Assembly (NCBI GenBank): GCA_020444505.1
Contig: JAHLKU010000004.1
Span: 13,885-77,884, forward strand
Direction: 5' to 3'
DNA: 64,000 bases
From: Actinomycetota bacterium
GTDB taxonomy: Bacteria > Actinomycetota > Acidimicrobiia > Spongiisociales > UBA11373
In this document: positions 41,703 to 51,973 of the stretch, piece after piece
How positions within the stretch are numbered: position 1 is the first letter of the stretch
Layout of the letters: each line of letters begins with the position of its first letter
The notes under the pieces: generated by a model
Database searches by the model: none
The model's input: only the letters and a program-made list of their open reading frames with translations
Told to the model about the DNA's origin: nothing
Translations under genes and position numbers: made by a program

Positions 41703-42544
41703 TCGGCCTGGACGGCCGACCAGGCGGCGCGCCCGATGGCGAACCCCCCGGTGAGGCGCTCGACGGCGGCGCCGGCGCCGATGGTGCCATCGGCTCTGCG
41801 CACCAACACCGTGTAGGCCACGGCGCCGTCGGCCTCGAGCGGGGTCACCGACAGCACCTCGGCGGAGCCGCCGCTCAGGGCGGTCACCGCGGCCACCACG
41901 GCCTCCTGCATCCCCTCGGCGGTGGGCGGCCCGTCCGCAGAGGCGGTGGACCCGTCGGTGGTGCGGACGGTCACGACGACCCTCGCCGTGGACTCCTCCA
42001 CGGCGACGGCCTCGAGGACGCCGGCCCGGGTCCCGGCGGCGGGCTCCTCGGCGGCGTCATCCGCGGGCGCCACGGGCTCCACGGGCGCCGCGGGCTCCTC
42101 GGGAGCCGCAGGGAGCGGCGGGGGCGTCTCCGGGGCAGGCGGGATCACCGGCATCGGGGGGACCTCCGGCATCGGGGGGATCTCGGGAGCCGCAGGCTCT
42201 TCCTGGGCGGCCGCAGGCTCCTCGGGGGCCTCAGGGGCACGGTCGGCGGGGGCTTCGTCGGGGACCTCGGCCGGCGCCGGGTCTCCGGCCGCATCGGCGG
42301 CATCGGTGATCCGGGAGCGCAACCCGTGGGCCGCCAGGACCCGCTGCACCTCGGCGCCCACCAGGCGGGCGTCGGCCTCGGGCTCCAGCCGGACGCGCAC
42401 GCCGCTCGGCGAGCCGGCCGACTCGTCGACATCGGCCTCGGCCACGCCGGCGAGGGCCGTCAGTTCCTCTCGAAGGCTCTCCGCGCCCACGGCGAGACTC
42501 CCTTCACTCCCGTTTCGGACACGTCCGCCCGGACGTGCCTCCAC
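41699..42544 (-). CDS. hypothetical Pro/Ala/Glu-rich protein with internal tandem repeats
   Basis: Track ORF; central PEIPPMPEVPPMPVIPPAPETPPPLPAAPEEPAAPVEP repeat region flanked by ordered N- and C-terminal segments. Confidence 0.45.
   Translation of the reverse strand: MEARPGGRVRNGSEGSLAVGAESLREELTALAGVAEADVDESAGSPSGVRVRLEPEADARLVGAEVQRVLAAHGLRSRITDAADAAGDPAPAEVPDEAPADRAPEAPEEPAAAQEEPAAPEIPPMPEVPPMPVIPPAPETPPPLPAAPEEPAAPVEPVAPADDAAEEPAAGTRAGVLEAVAVEESTARVVVTVRTTDGSTASADGPPTAEGMQEAVVAAVTALSGGSAEVLSVTPLEADGAVAYTVLVRRADGTIGAGAAVERLTGGFAIGRAAWSAVQAD
42120..42260. repeat. imperfect tandem nucleotide repeats within the Pro-rich CDS
   Basis: CGGCATCGGGGGGA(C/T)CTC repeated twice and GCCGCAGGCTC(T/C)TC repeated twice; encode the PPMPEVPPMPVIPP repeats. 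Confidence 0.4.
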
Positions 42545-42668
42545 GCATAGTAGTCACTTCGACCACCGATTGCAGCAACGAATCGCCGTCGGCCAGCAGC
42601 GGGGGCCGCGCCCGCACCGCCGCGTCACTGATATCCTGCGGCGCGCACCATCGACTGCGGGAGACGCC

Positions 42669-43649
42669 GTGCCACCAGAAGCCGTCAGCCAGCAGGACCT
42701 CGCCTGGTTCGCGGAGCGATTTGCCGCGATCGCCTCCAACATCGAGCGCGTCATCCAGGGCAAGCGCGAGGTGGTGGACCTGGTCGTGCTCAGCCTCCTC
42801 TCCGAGGGCCACGTGCTGATGGAGGACGTGCCCGGCGTCGGCAAGACCCTCCTCGCCAAGTCCCTGGCGCGCTCCATCCACTGCGACTTCCAGCGCATCC
42901 AGTTCACCCCCGACCTCCTCCCCAGCGACGTCACCGGCGTCTCGGTGTGGGACCGGGAGCGCAATGCCTTCGTCTTCCGGGCGGGCCCGGTGTTCACGAA
43001 CATCGTGCTGGGCGACGAGATCAACCGGGCGAGCCCCAAGACCCAGGCCGCCCTCCTCGAGGCCATGGAGGAGCGCCAGGTGACGGTGGACGGCACCACC
43101 CGGGCGCTCCCGCCCCCGTTCATGGTCATCGCCACCCAGAACCCCATCGAGCACGAGGGCACCTATCCCCTGCCGGAGGCCCAGCTCGACCGCTTCATGA
43201 CCCGGCTGGTGATGGGCTACCCGTCGCGGTCCAAGGAGCTGGAGATCCTCGACACGCACGGCATCCAGTCCACCTACGGCGACCTCCAGCCGGTCGTCAC
43301 CGCCGAGGACATCACCCGGATGGTCGCCGTCTCCCGCCGGGTGTACGTGGCCGATCCGCTCAAGGAGTACCTGGTGGACACGGTCGAGGCCACCCGCACC
43401 GACGCCAGCCTGCTGCTCGGCGCCTCCCCGCGCGCCACGCTCTACCTGCAGCGCGCCGCCCGCACCAGGGCTGCAGCCGAAGGACGCCACTACGTGACGC
43501 CCGACGACGTGAAGTCGCTGCTGCGCCCGGTGCTCACCCACCGCCTCATCCTCAAGCCGGAGGCGCAGATGCGCGGCGTCGCCCTCGAGGACGTCGTCGA
43601 CGGCATCGCCGGCCGCATCGAGGTGCCCGGGACCAGGGTCGGGGGCTGA
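42669..43649 (+). CDS. MoxR-family AAA+ ATPase
   Basis: Walker A GVGKT, Walker B VLGDEINRA, VIATQNP sensor; about 326 aa. GTG start. Confidence 0.85.
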   Translation: MPPEAVSQQDLAWFAERFAAIASNIERVIQGKREVVDLVVLSLLSEGHVLMEDVPGVGKTLLAKSLARSIHCDFQRIQFTPDLLPSDVTGVSVWDRERNAFVFRAGPVFTNIVLGDEINRASPKTQAALLEAMEERQVTVDGTTRALPPPFMVIATQNPIEHEGTYPLPEAQLDRFMTRLVMGYPSRSKELEILDTHGIQSTYGDLQPVVTAEDITRMVAVSRRVYVADPLKEYLVDTVEATRTDASLLLGASPRATLYLQRAARTRAAAEGRHYVTPDDVKSLLRPVLTHRLILKPEAQMRGVALEDVVDGIAGRIEVPGTRVGG

Positions 43650-44833
43650 TGCCCACCCTGCGCGGCTGGGCGGCGCTGGGGGTCGCCACCGCGCTCGGGC
43701 TGCTGTGGGTGGGTTTCGGCGAGTTGGAGATGCTGGGCACCGCCCTCTTCCTGGTGGCCGCCACGCTCACCGGCGTCGCCTTCACCCGGCTCCGGATGCC
43801 CCACGCCACCGTCACGCGCCACCTCTACCCCGCCCAGGTCCACGAGGGTGACCACGTGGTCGTCGAGGTGGAGTTCGCCGCCGCCGGCCGCTCCGCCGCC
43901 AACCTGACGGTGGAGGACAGCGTGCACGGCCTCGGCGTGGCCCGATTCGCCGCGGCCCGCGCCGCCGCCGGGCAGCACCTGGTCGCCCGGTACGAGGTCC
44001 TGTGCCGCAGCAGGGGCATCTTCGACGTCGGGCCGGCCGTGGTGGGCGTGACCGACCCCCTCGGCCTGGCGGAGCGCTCCGCTCCCGCAGGCGGCCCCGA
44101 CCGCCTGGTCGTGTACCCCCGGGTGGAGCGCCTCGACGGCTACCCGGCGGTGCGCGGCAACGACGCCACCGTGCACACCTCCCGGCCCACCTACGCCCCC
44201 CACGGGGGCGAGGACTTCTTCACGCTGCGCGAGTACCAGGTGGGCGACGACCTCCGCAAGGTGCACTGGCCCTCGTCGGCCAAGCGGGATCAGCTGATGA
44301 TCAAGCAGCTGGAGATCCCATGGCAGGCGCGTGCGCTGGTCCTCTTCGACCAGCGCAGCACTCGCTACGCCGACGCCGAGGCGTTCGAGCAGGCCGTGCG
44401 CGGGGCCGCCTCGGTGGTCTCGCACCTCTACCGGGGTGGGTACAGCCCCGACCTGTGGGCCGGCGAGCACGCTGCGGGCCTCCGCTCCGGCAGCCGGTAC
44501 GCGCAGGCGATGGAGATGCTGGCCGGTGTCCGGCCGATGGAGCACGTCGACCTGCAGGCCGCCGTCACCCGGCTGCGCCGCAACGGCGTGGGGGGCGGGG
44601 CGCTGGTCGTGGTGACCGGGATGCCCGACGACGGCGTGCTCGGGGCGCTGCGCGTCCTGTCTGCCGACTTCTCCCGTTCGATCGTCATGTCCGTCACCAC
44701 CCCCGGGGACGAGCAGGTCGCCGCGCTGCGGCGCGGCGGGACGCTCGCCGTGAACGTCGGGTCCGCCGCGTCGTGGGCGCCGGCATGGAGAACTGCCATG
44801 GAGCTGTCGTGGTCTACCGCCTCAGCTGGGTAG
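43648..44833 (+). CDS. DUF58 domain protein (vWA-like partner of MoxR)
   Basis: Two N-terminal TM segments; DUF58 core motif FFTLREYQVGDDLRKVHW; start overlaps the MoxR stop. Confidence 0.75.
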
Positions 44834-47169
44834 CCGGCATCGGCGGCGTCCTGCTGGCGCTCCTGCGTCTGAACCGGCTGCTGCGCGGCGGGGTGGATGG
44901 ACTGCCCTGGCAGGCCGTGCTCCTGGCGGCCGCCGTGCTGGGCGCGGCGATCACCTGGGCGGGGATCGCCTACCGCCTCGACGGCCGCATCCTGGCCCTG
45001 ATCAACCTGGCGGCCGTAACCGTCACCGCGGTGCGGATCGCGGTGCCGGCCACCACCTGGCTCATCTTCCCCACCCTCTCTTCGTTCGTGGGGATGAAGA
45101 ACGAACTCGAGTTCGCCCGGGAGGTGATCCGGGCGGGAGTGGCGCCGGTGATCCCCCTCGCCGGGCTCGTCGCCATCCTGGCCGTCCTGTTCTGGGGCCT
45201 CGGTGCGCTGCTGTCGTGGGGGCTGCTCACCGGCCGGCCCTACCTGGCGGTGCTGACACCGCTCGTGGTGTACCTGCAATTCGCCACCATGGACCGCAGC
45301 CCGGCCTCGTGGTGGCTGTGGCTGTTCCTCGCCTTCGTCGGCACCGCACTGCTCGCCGTGGCACTCGACCGCCGACGGGAGGGCACCGGGCTGCTCACCT
45401 CGCCGGTCACCCGGCTGGCGATCCCGCGGTCGCTGCCGGCCGCCGCGGTTGCCGTGGTCGGCGTTGCGCTGCTGGCGGCGGCACTCGCCACCCAGGCGGT
45501 CGCTGGTGCCGTCCCGCGGACGGGCGTGCTGGAGTGGCGGGTCCGCACCGGGCTCACCGGCGAGTACTACGGCGGGATCGCCTTCAACCCCTTCGTCGGC
45601 ATCCACCAGGGCCTCGTGTCCCAGACCAACGCCCCGGTGTTCGTGGCGGCGGTGGACGGCGACACCGATCCCGGCCGCCTCTCCTGGCGCCTCCTCACAC
45701 TCGAGACCTTCAACGGCACGCAGTGGTTCACCGACCAGCCCGAGCTGCGGGTGCCCGACGACCTCGACGCCTACGAGGACCCCGACCAGGCGTTCATCGG
45801 CCCCACCGGCACCGTCACCCAGGACATCACCATCCTGGCGCTCGAGATGGGGTGGCTCCCCGCCGCCTACTCCCCCGTCGAGATGACGGCCGACAACCAG
45901 ACGGTGGCCCGCGGCTTCCAGGTGAAGGACGACGGCTCGCTCCGCTTCGGTGCGATCACCTACCGGGGGATGAACTACACGGTGGTCTCGCAGGTGCCCG
46001 AGCCGGACGTGGACGTGCTGGCCCTCGGCCCCGACGGCGGCCTCTCGCCCGTGTTCGCCGCCGCGGCGGACGACGAGGCCTACACCGCTGCGGACGCGTC
46101 GGCCCCGGCGCCGGTGGAGCTCGAAGACCCCGGGCGCTACCTGGACCTCCCCTCGGGGCTGGGCGCCATCGACCGCCTCGCCGATGCCCAGGCAGAGGGC
46201 CTCACCACCGACTTCGAGAAGGCCCTGGCGCTGGAGTCCTTCTTCCGCTCCCCGGGGGCGTTCTCCTACTCCACCGACATCGACCCGGGGCACGGTGCCG
46301 AGGACCTGGTCGCCTGGCTCACCGACCCCGCCAGTCCCAACTACCGCACCGGCTACTGCGAACAGTTCGCCGCCGCGATGGCGGTGATGGCCCGCCAGCT
46401 GGGCATCCCGAGCCGGGTGGTGCTGGGCTTCACCCCCGGGGAGCTCCTCGACGACGGGCGGGTGGTGGTGCGGGACCGCAACGCGCACGCCTGGGTGGAG
46501 CTGTGGATGCCCACCCAGGGCTGGGTCTCGTTCGACCCCACGCCGCGCGGCGACGGCGTGAACCCCTCCACCGCAGCCGGGCTCCCCTTCCCCGCCGCCC
46601 CCTACCTGGACATCCCCGAGCCGGAGGCGCCTCCCGCCTCGACGCCGGCAGCGCCCCCGGTGCTGCCCAACCGGGAGCTCGACCCCGAGGACCTGTTCCT
46701 GGGCGGCGGCAGCGACACCCCGGTGGACTCCACCGGAGGGCTCTCGATCCCGCCCTGGGTGCTGTGGGCCGCCGCCGGTCTGGCCGTCGCCTTCGGGCTG
46801 GTCCCCGGCATCAAGTGGGCGCGGCGCTCGGCGCGCATGCGGCGCCTGGCGCGGGGCGACGTCGGCGCGGCCTGGCGGGACATGATCGACCACCTCGACG
46901 ACCTGGGGCTCCACGCCGAGCCCACCGCCACGCCACGCGAGGTTGCCGCCGGGGTGAGCGATCGGATGATGCCGCTGGCCGAGGTGTACGGCGAGCGGGT
47001 CTACGGCGACCCTGCGCGGCAGCCGGCCTCGGCCGTCGCCACCGCGTCGAGGAGCCTGGCGGACACCAGGGTGGCGCTGTCGATGCGGTACGGGCGGCTG
47101 CGGCGCCTCGCGGCCCTGTACCGGCCGGCATCGCTGCTCCCCCGGCGACTTGCCCGCCGGGCTCGGTGA
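44785..47169 (+). CDS. transglutaminase-like domain membrane protein (TgpA-like)
   Basis: Multi-TM N-terminal region; transglutaminase core YRTGYCEQFAAAMAVMARQLGIPSRVVLGF ... HAWVELW (Cys-His-Asp/Glu triad); C-terminal TM. Confidence 0.75.
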   Translation: MENCHGAVVVYRLSWVAGIGGVLLALLRLNRLLRGGVDGLPWQAVLLAAAVLGAAITWAGIAYRLDGRILALINLAAVTVTAVRIAVPATTWLIFPTLSSFVGMKNELEFAREVIRAGVAPVIPLAGLVAILAVLFWGLGALLSWGLLTGRPYLAVLTPLVVYLQFATMDRSPASWWLWLFLAFVGTALLAVALDRRREGTGLLTSPVTRLAIPRSLPAAAVAVVGVALLAAALATQAVAGAVPRTGVLEWRVRTGLTGEYYGGIAFNPFVGIHQGLVSQTNAPVFVAAVDGDTDPGRLSWRLLTLETFNGTQWFTDQPELRVPDDLDAYEDPDQAFIGPTGTVTQDITILALEMGWLPAAYSPVEMTADNQTVARGFQVKDDGSLRFGAITYRGMNYTVVSQVPEPDVDVLALGPDGGLSPVFAAAADDEAYTAADASAPAPVELEDPGRYLDLPSGLGAIDRLADAQAEGLTTDFEKALALESFFRSPGAFSYSTDIDPGHGAEDLVAWLTDPASPNYRTGYCEQFAAAMAVMARQLGIPSRVVLGFTPGELLDDGRVVVRDRNAHAWVELWMPTQGWVSFDPTPRGDGVNPSTAAGLPFPAAPYLDIPEPEAPPASTPAAPPVLPNRELDPEDLFLGGGSDTPVDSTGGLSIPPWVLWAAAGLAVAFGLVPGIKWARRSARMRRLARGDVGAAWRDMIDHLDDLGLHAEPTATPREVAAGVSDRMMPLAEVYGERVYGDPARQPASAVATASRSLADTRVALSMRYGRLRRLAALYRPASLLPRRLARRAR

Positions 47170-47176
47170 CCCCCGC

Positions 47177-47668
47177 CTAGCCCTCGGCGGTCTCGGAGAG
47201 GACGTCCTCCTCGACCCTGCGCAGCATCTCCAGGAACTGCTCCCGATCCAGCTCGAAGCGGGTGACGTCCTCCTCGACCTCGCGGGTGATCTCGTCGATC
47301 GCGACGAAGAACGCCAACTGCCCCTCACGGAGCGCGTCGATGACCTCTTCGTCGCCTGAGGCGATGCGGAAGATGCTCTTGCCGTCGGTGACCAGCTTCA
47401 CCTCGGAGAGGTGCCGGTCGAGGTCGGCGGTCCGGCGCAGGTAGTCCCACGCCCGCCGCACCCGCTGCACCGACATGCCGTTGTCGAGCAGGCTCTTCAC
47501 CACCCGCAGGGCGACGAGGTCTCGAAACGAGTAGAGGCGGCGGCGGCCCGGCCGGCCGCCGGTGGCCTGGACCGAGGGGCGGACCAGGTCGACGCGGTCC
47601 CAGTAGCGGAGTTGGTGTGGCGTGCACGCGGTGAGCTGACAGGCCTGCTGTGCCGTGAACGCTTCCAC
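47177..47668 (-). CDS. MerR family transcriptional regulator
   Basis: N-terminal MerR HTH (ACQLTACTPHQLRYWDRVDLVRP) followed by an acidic helical C-terminal domain. Confidence 0.7.
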   Translation of the reverse strand: MEAFTAQQACQLTACTPHQLRYWDRVDLVRPSVQATGGRPGRRRLYSFRDLVALRVVKSLLDNGMSVQRVRRAWDYLRRTADLDRHLSEVKLVTDGKSIFRIASGDEEVIDALREGQLAFFVAIDEITREVEEDVTRFELDREQFLEMLRRVEEDVLSETAEG

Positions 47669-47744
47669 CGCCGCTCGCTCCTCCCTCGGGGCCGCCGGCC
47701 TCCGCCGCCGGTCGGGCCCCTCACTTCCTTCGGGGCGTCGTAGC

Positions 47745-48077
47745 CTAGCCGTCGTCGCGCCGCCGCCGCAGACGGGCGAGGAAGGCGCCGGACGGGCCCA
47801 TCCCCACGCCGGTGCGGCGCTGCACGATCGCGATGATCCAGGCCACCGCCAGCACCATGACGACGAATCCGGCGAGCGCCACGGCGGTGCTGCGGGTGAA
47901 GAAGCCGAGCATGACGCCGACGCCTGCGACGAGGGCGAGGACGGCCCACTTCAACTGCCGCGCCGACACGGCCGCGACGGTGGTGGTGCGCACGGTCTCG
48001 GCCAGCTTGGGGTCTTCCTCGTAGAAGCGGCGCTCGATCTCCTCGAGGATCCGCTGCTCTCTGTCGTCGAGTGGCAT
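47745..48077 (-). CDS. DUF3040 domain membrane protein
   Basis: MPLDDREQRILEEIERRF start typical of DUF3040, then two TM helices. Confidence 0.5.
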   Translation of the reverse strand: MPLDDREQRILEEIERRFYEEDPKLAETVRTTTVAAVSARQLKWAVLALVAGVGVMLGFFTRSTAVALAGFVVMVLAVAWIIAIVQRRTGVGMGPSGAFLARLRRRRDDG

Positions 48078-48131
48078 GTGCTCCGCCGGACGGTTGGCGG
48101 CCACCACTATACCGCCGGGCCGCGCCTGCGC

Positions 48132-49352
48132 TCAGGGCGCCTGTCTACCAGTATCTGGCGTTCCGGAGCCGGGTTCCGGAGGTGTCGCGGGGGGCTCGAC
48201 CAGGCGGGCGCGCGCCACGGCCCGGTCGCCGAACCGCAGCCGCACCTCCTCCACCGCCCCCTCCAGCTCGTCCCATCCGCCGGAGGCGAGGTCGAGCTGC
48301 CGCGGGGCGGCGGCATCGTCCAGGTTGTCGCCGCCCAGGCCGAGCAACCGCACCGGCCGCTCGCCCACGGCGGCCCGGTCCAGCAGTGCCAGCGCCGCCG
48401 CGTAGAGGTCGTGAGCAGTGTCCAGCGGCGCCCTCCCCGTGTGGCTGCGGGTGATGGTGGAGAAATCGGCGAACCGCACCTTGAGGGTCACGCCGCGCGC
48501 CGCGAACCCTGCCCGGCGGAGGCGCGCCGCCAGGCGGTCTGCCATGCGGAGCAGTTCGCGCTCCATCGCCGCCCGCCCCTCCAGGTCCCGCTCGTAGGTC
48601 TGCTCCACCGAGATCGACTTGACCACGTCGCCGCCCTCCACGGGGCGGGGGTCCACCGCCCGCGACAGGGCCGCCAGGTGGCTGCCGAGCGACGGGCCGA
48701 GCCGGCGGCACAGCGTCGCCTCGGGGATGGAGGCCAGGTCGCCGATGGTGGCCACCCCCAGTTGCTCCAGCCGGGCGTGGGTGGCCTCGCCGACGCCCCA
48801 CAGCGCCCGGACGGGCTTGGGGGCCAGGTAGGCCCGTTCGGTGCCGGCGGGGACCACCAGCACGCCGTCCGGCTTGGCGTCGCCGCTGGCCATCTTCGCC
48901 AGCAGCTTCACCGTGGCGATGCCCACCGACGACGGCAGGCCGGTCCCGCCGCGGATCGCCGCCCGCAGTGCATCGGCGAACCCTCGGGGCGAGTCGTGGT
49001 GCAGTCGCAGGCCCCCGATGTCCAGGAACGCCTCGTCCACCGAGAGCGGCTCGACCCGGGGGGTGAAGGAGCGGATGATCTCGAACACCGCCTCCGAGGC
49101 CGCCCCGTAGGCGCGGGGGTCCGGCGGCACCACCCGCAGCGCCGGGCACTGCCGCCTGGCGTGCGCCATGGGCATCGCCGAGTGCACCCCGTGACGGCGC
49201 GCCTCGTAGGAGGCCGAGGCCACCACGCCCCGGGTGCCGGTGCCCCCCACCGCCACCGGCACCCCCCGCAACGCCGGGTCCCTGCGCCGCTCCACCTCCA
49301 CGAAGAACGCGTCCATGTCCACGTGGGCGATGTGCTCGGCGAAACGCTCCAT
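48132..49352 (-). CDS. dinB: DNA polymerase IV (Y-family)
   Basis: IAHVDMDAFFVEVERR, SASYEARRHGV, SVDEAFLDI Y-family motifs. Confidence 0.85.
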   Translation of the reverse strand: MERFAEHIAHVDMDAFFVEVERRRDPALRGVPVAVGGTGTRGVVASASYEARRHGVHSAMPMAHARRQCPALRVVPPDPRAYGAASEAVFEIIRSFTPRVEPLSVDEAFLDIGGLRLHHDSPRGFADALRAAIRGGTGLPSSVGIATVKLLAKMASGDAKPDGVLVVPAGTERAYLAPKPVRALWGVGEATHARLEQLGVATIGDLASIPEATLCRRLGPSLGSHLAALSRAVDPRPVEGGDVVKSISVEQTYERDLEGRAAMERELLRMADRLAARLRRAGFAARGVTLKVRFADFSTITRSHTGRAPLDTAHDLYAAALALLDRAAVGERPVRLLGLGGDNLDDAAAPRQLDLASGGWDELEGAVEEVRLRFGDRAVARARLVEPPATPPEPGSGTPDTGRQAP

Positions 49353-49381
49353 GGCGACGAGCGTACCTACACTCCCCGCCC

Positions 49382-49984
49382 GTGCTCGACACGCTGCACC
49401 TGGTCCGCCACGGCGAGGTCGCCAACCCCGGCCATCTCGTCTACGCCGACCTGCCCGGCTTCTCCCTCAGCCCCCTGGGGCGGCGCCAGGCGGACGCCGT
49501 GGCCGCCCGGCTCGCCGCTCAGGACGGCGCCGTGATCGCCTGTTCCCCCCTCGAGCGCGCCCGTGAGACCGCCGCCCCGCTCGCCGCCGCGCTCGGGACC
49601 GTGGCCGCCGTCGACCATCGCCTCACCGAGTGGGGGCTCCTGTCGAGGTGGGCCGGCGAGGTGTGGGGCGACCTCGCCGTCCGCTACCCGGGCGAGGTGG
49701 AGGCGTACCTCACCGACCCGTCCGACCTGCCGTTCAGCCCGGAGCCGCTCGATGCGGTCGCCGCCCGGATGGCCGCGGCGGTCGCCGATCTCGGCGCCGG
49801 GCACCCCGGGGGGACGGCCGTGGTGGTGTCGCACCAGGACCCGGTCCAGGCGCTCCGGTTCCACCTCACCGGGCGCCCCCTGGCAGGACTCGGCGCCGCC
49901 AAGCCGGGCCACGGGACGGTCATCACGCTGCGCTGGGACGGGGAGTGGGCCGAGACCGGGCGGTGGGATCCGCCCGGCGCCTAG
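49382..49984 (+). CDS. histidine phosphatase family protein (phosphoglycerate mutase-like)
   Basis: LHLVRHGE catalytic RHG motif; SPLERARETA. Confidence 0.7.
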   Translation: MLDTLHLVRHGEVANPGHLVYADLPGFSLSPLGRRQADAVAARLAAQDGAVIACSPLERARETAAPLAAALGTVAAVDHRLTEWGLLSRWAGEVWGDLAVRYPGEVEAYLTDPSDLPFSPEPLDAVAARMAAAVADLGAGHPGGTAVVVSHQDPVQALRFHLTGRPLAGLGAAKPGHGTVITLRWDGEWAETGRWDPPGA

Positions 49985-50511
49985 GGGTCTTCCGGCGCCG
50001 CGGCACGCAGACCGGCGAGGAAACCCACGTCGGTGTCGAACGCCAACTCGGGCAGGGCGTCGAGGTCGAACCAACCCGCGTCGTCGGCGTCGTCCCCGGC
50101 CTGCAGCGTGCCCCCCACCACCGTGCCGGCGAACCACACCCCGACGGTCAGCTTGGCCGGGTCGTGGAAGTTCGACGCGACGTGCACCACGTCGCCGATC
50201 TCCGCCACCAGGCCGGTCTCCTCCCGCAGTTCCCGGGCGGCGGCAGCCCGGATCTCCTCGCCGTAGTCCACGAACCCGGCGGGAATGGACCAGAGGCCTG
50301 CCCGGGAGGCCCCGGGGGCGCGGCGCACCAGCAGGATCCTCCCCCGACCGTCCCTGAGCACGACGGCGGCCCCCACCCCGGGGTTGCGGAAGTGGATGAA
50401 GCCGCACTCGGGGCACACCGCCCGCGTCCGGCCGTAGACGGCGCGCCGCTCCAGGCGGGCCGCACAGTGCGGGCAGAACGTGTACTCCCCCGGCCATTCC
50501 ACGCCGGCCAC
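49981..50511 (-). CDS. NUDIX hydrolase with N-terminal zinc ribbon (NudC-like, short)
   Basis: CPHCAARL...CPECGF zinc ribbon followed by a Nudix box GFVDYGEEIRAAAARELREETGL. Confidence 0.75.
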   Translation of the reverse strand: MAGVEWPGEYTFCPHCAARLERRAVYGRTRAVCPECGFIHFRNPGVGAAVVLRDGRGRILLVRRAPGASRAGLWSIPAGFVDYGEEIRAAAARELREETGLVAEIGDVVHVASNFHDPAKLTVGVWFAGTVVGGTLQAGDDADDAGWFDLDALPELAFDTDVGFLAGLRAAAPEDP

Positions 50512-50526
50512 GCTACCGCCCCGGCA

Positions 50527-51100
50527 TCACTCCGTCGGCGGCGGCGCAGGAGACGGCGGCGCCGGAGCGTGAGACGCAGGGGCGCCGGCCGGGCGGCGCA
50601 GCAGGACGGCCGCCGCCCCGGCGAGGGCGAGCGCCGAGACGAACCCGCCGTACCCGGGCCACCACGACTCGAGCCACCCCGCCGACCCCGAGCCGATCGC
50701 CTGCTCCTCCACCGACGGCAGCAGCACGAACATGGTCAGCAGCACCACTGCCACCACCGCGGCCGCCATCCATGCCGCTGCCGTGCCCGCAGCGCGTACC
50801 GCCTTCCCGTCCGCCGCTCCGGGGTCCGACCACCACCGGCGGCAGCGCAGCGCCAGCGCCACGGCGGCCGCCCCCAGCAGCAGCACGACCACCTGGGCGG
50901 CGCCGGCCCCGGCCACGTACCCGAAGGGGTGGAACTCGTAGCCGTAGGTCCCGAATCCGCTCAGGCCCCAGTCCCGATAGATGGTGGGGGTGTAGGCGAC
51001 GCCCTCGGTGAAGCCGGCGAACGGGAGGAAGAGCAGCGACACCGCCGCGATCGCCGCGGCCACCGTCGCCGCCGGGTACTGCACCGATGCCCGCCCCGCC
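50527..51100 (-). CDS. hypothetical membrane protein
   Basis: C-terminal portion of track ORF 50527..52320 beginning at MAGRASVQYPAATVAA; 4 hydrophobic segments; gene model uncertain in this extremely GC-rich stretch. Confidence 0.35.
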
Positions 51101-51214
51101 ATCGTGGTCCCTCCCTCGACGCCCCCATGATGCCGCCCCGCCGATCCCGGCGCCAGGGCCGGAGTCCCCGATCCGGGGGCCGGACAGGCGCCGGGCCCGG
51201 CCCATAATGGGGCC

Positions 51215-51973
51215 GTGCCCCCGATGCCCACCTCGATCGCCGCCGTCACCACCGCCTCCCTGCTGTGGTGGGCGGCCCTGGTGGGCCTGGGCCGGGGCCC
51301 CTTCGCAGCGGGGCCGGCCGCCGTGGTGGCGGTGACCTCGGCGGCCGCCGCCGTGGCGGTGGGCGCCGCCATCTTGCTGGCGCGCGCCCGGTGGAGCCGC
51401 CACGCCGCTGCGGCGGGCGCCGCCGCGGGGCTCGCCCTGGGGGCGGCCTCCCCGCTGGGATGGGCGTCCGCCGCCGGCATCGCCCTCTCGGCGCTGGCGC
51501 TGGCCGGCGCGGCCGGGCCCTGGCTCTCCGGGTGGCTGCGCCGCCTCCCGTCCACAGAGGCGCCTCCCCCTGCGGCCGCCGCCGCCCTCGCCGCCGCCGC
51601 CCTGCTGCCCGCCGCGGTGGCGCTGATCCGCCACGACGGACTGACCGCCGCCGATTGGGTGGTGGTCGGCGCCGCCGCCGCCACCGCAGCCGCCTGGACC
51701 CGGGCCTGGGGGCCCGGCCTCTGGCTGGCCCGGTTCGGCCTGCCCGCCGCCGGCCTCGCCGCCGCCACCACCGGGTACCCGCGGGGGCTCGCCGTGGCCG
51801 CCGCCGCCGCCGCCGCATCCCTCCCCTCATGGCACCGCGACGCCGCCCTGGCGATGCGGCCGCTCCTCCCCCGGGCCGAGAGCACGCCCGTCCCTCCCGA
51901 GCTCGTGGACCCCGCCCTGCTGGCGGCGGCCGGGTACGACGACCGGGGCCGTGCGCTGGAGCCGCCGCGATGA
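51215..51973 (+). CDS. hypothetical Ala-rich membrane protein
   Basis: Track ORF; multiple Ala-rich TM segments; antisense ORFs of similar length exist, so the call is uncertain. Confidence 0.35.
   Translation: MPPMPTSIAAVTTASLLWWAALVGLGRGPFAAGPAAVVAVTSAAAAVAVGAAILLARARWSRHAAAAGAAAGLALGAASPLGWASAAGIALSALALAGAAGPWLSGWLRRLPSTEAPPPAAAAALAAAALLPAAVALIRHDGLTAADWVVVGAAAATAAAWTRAWGPGLWLARFGLPAAGLAAATTGYPRGLAVAAAAAAASLPSWHRDAALAMRPLLPRAESTPVPPELVDPALLAAAGYDDRGRALEPPR

Noticed and set aside
42120-42260. Short tandem DNA repeats considered as a CRISPR or VNTR locus
   Set aside because: Only 2-copy imperfect repeats, in frame, encoding a Pro-rich linker; no spacer-repeat architecture.
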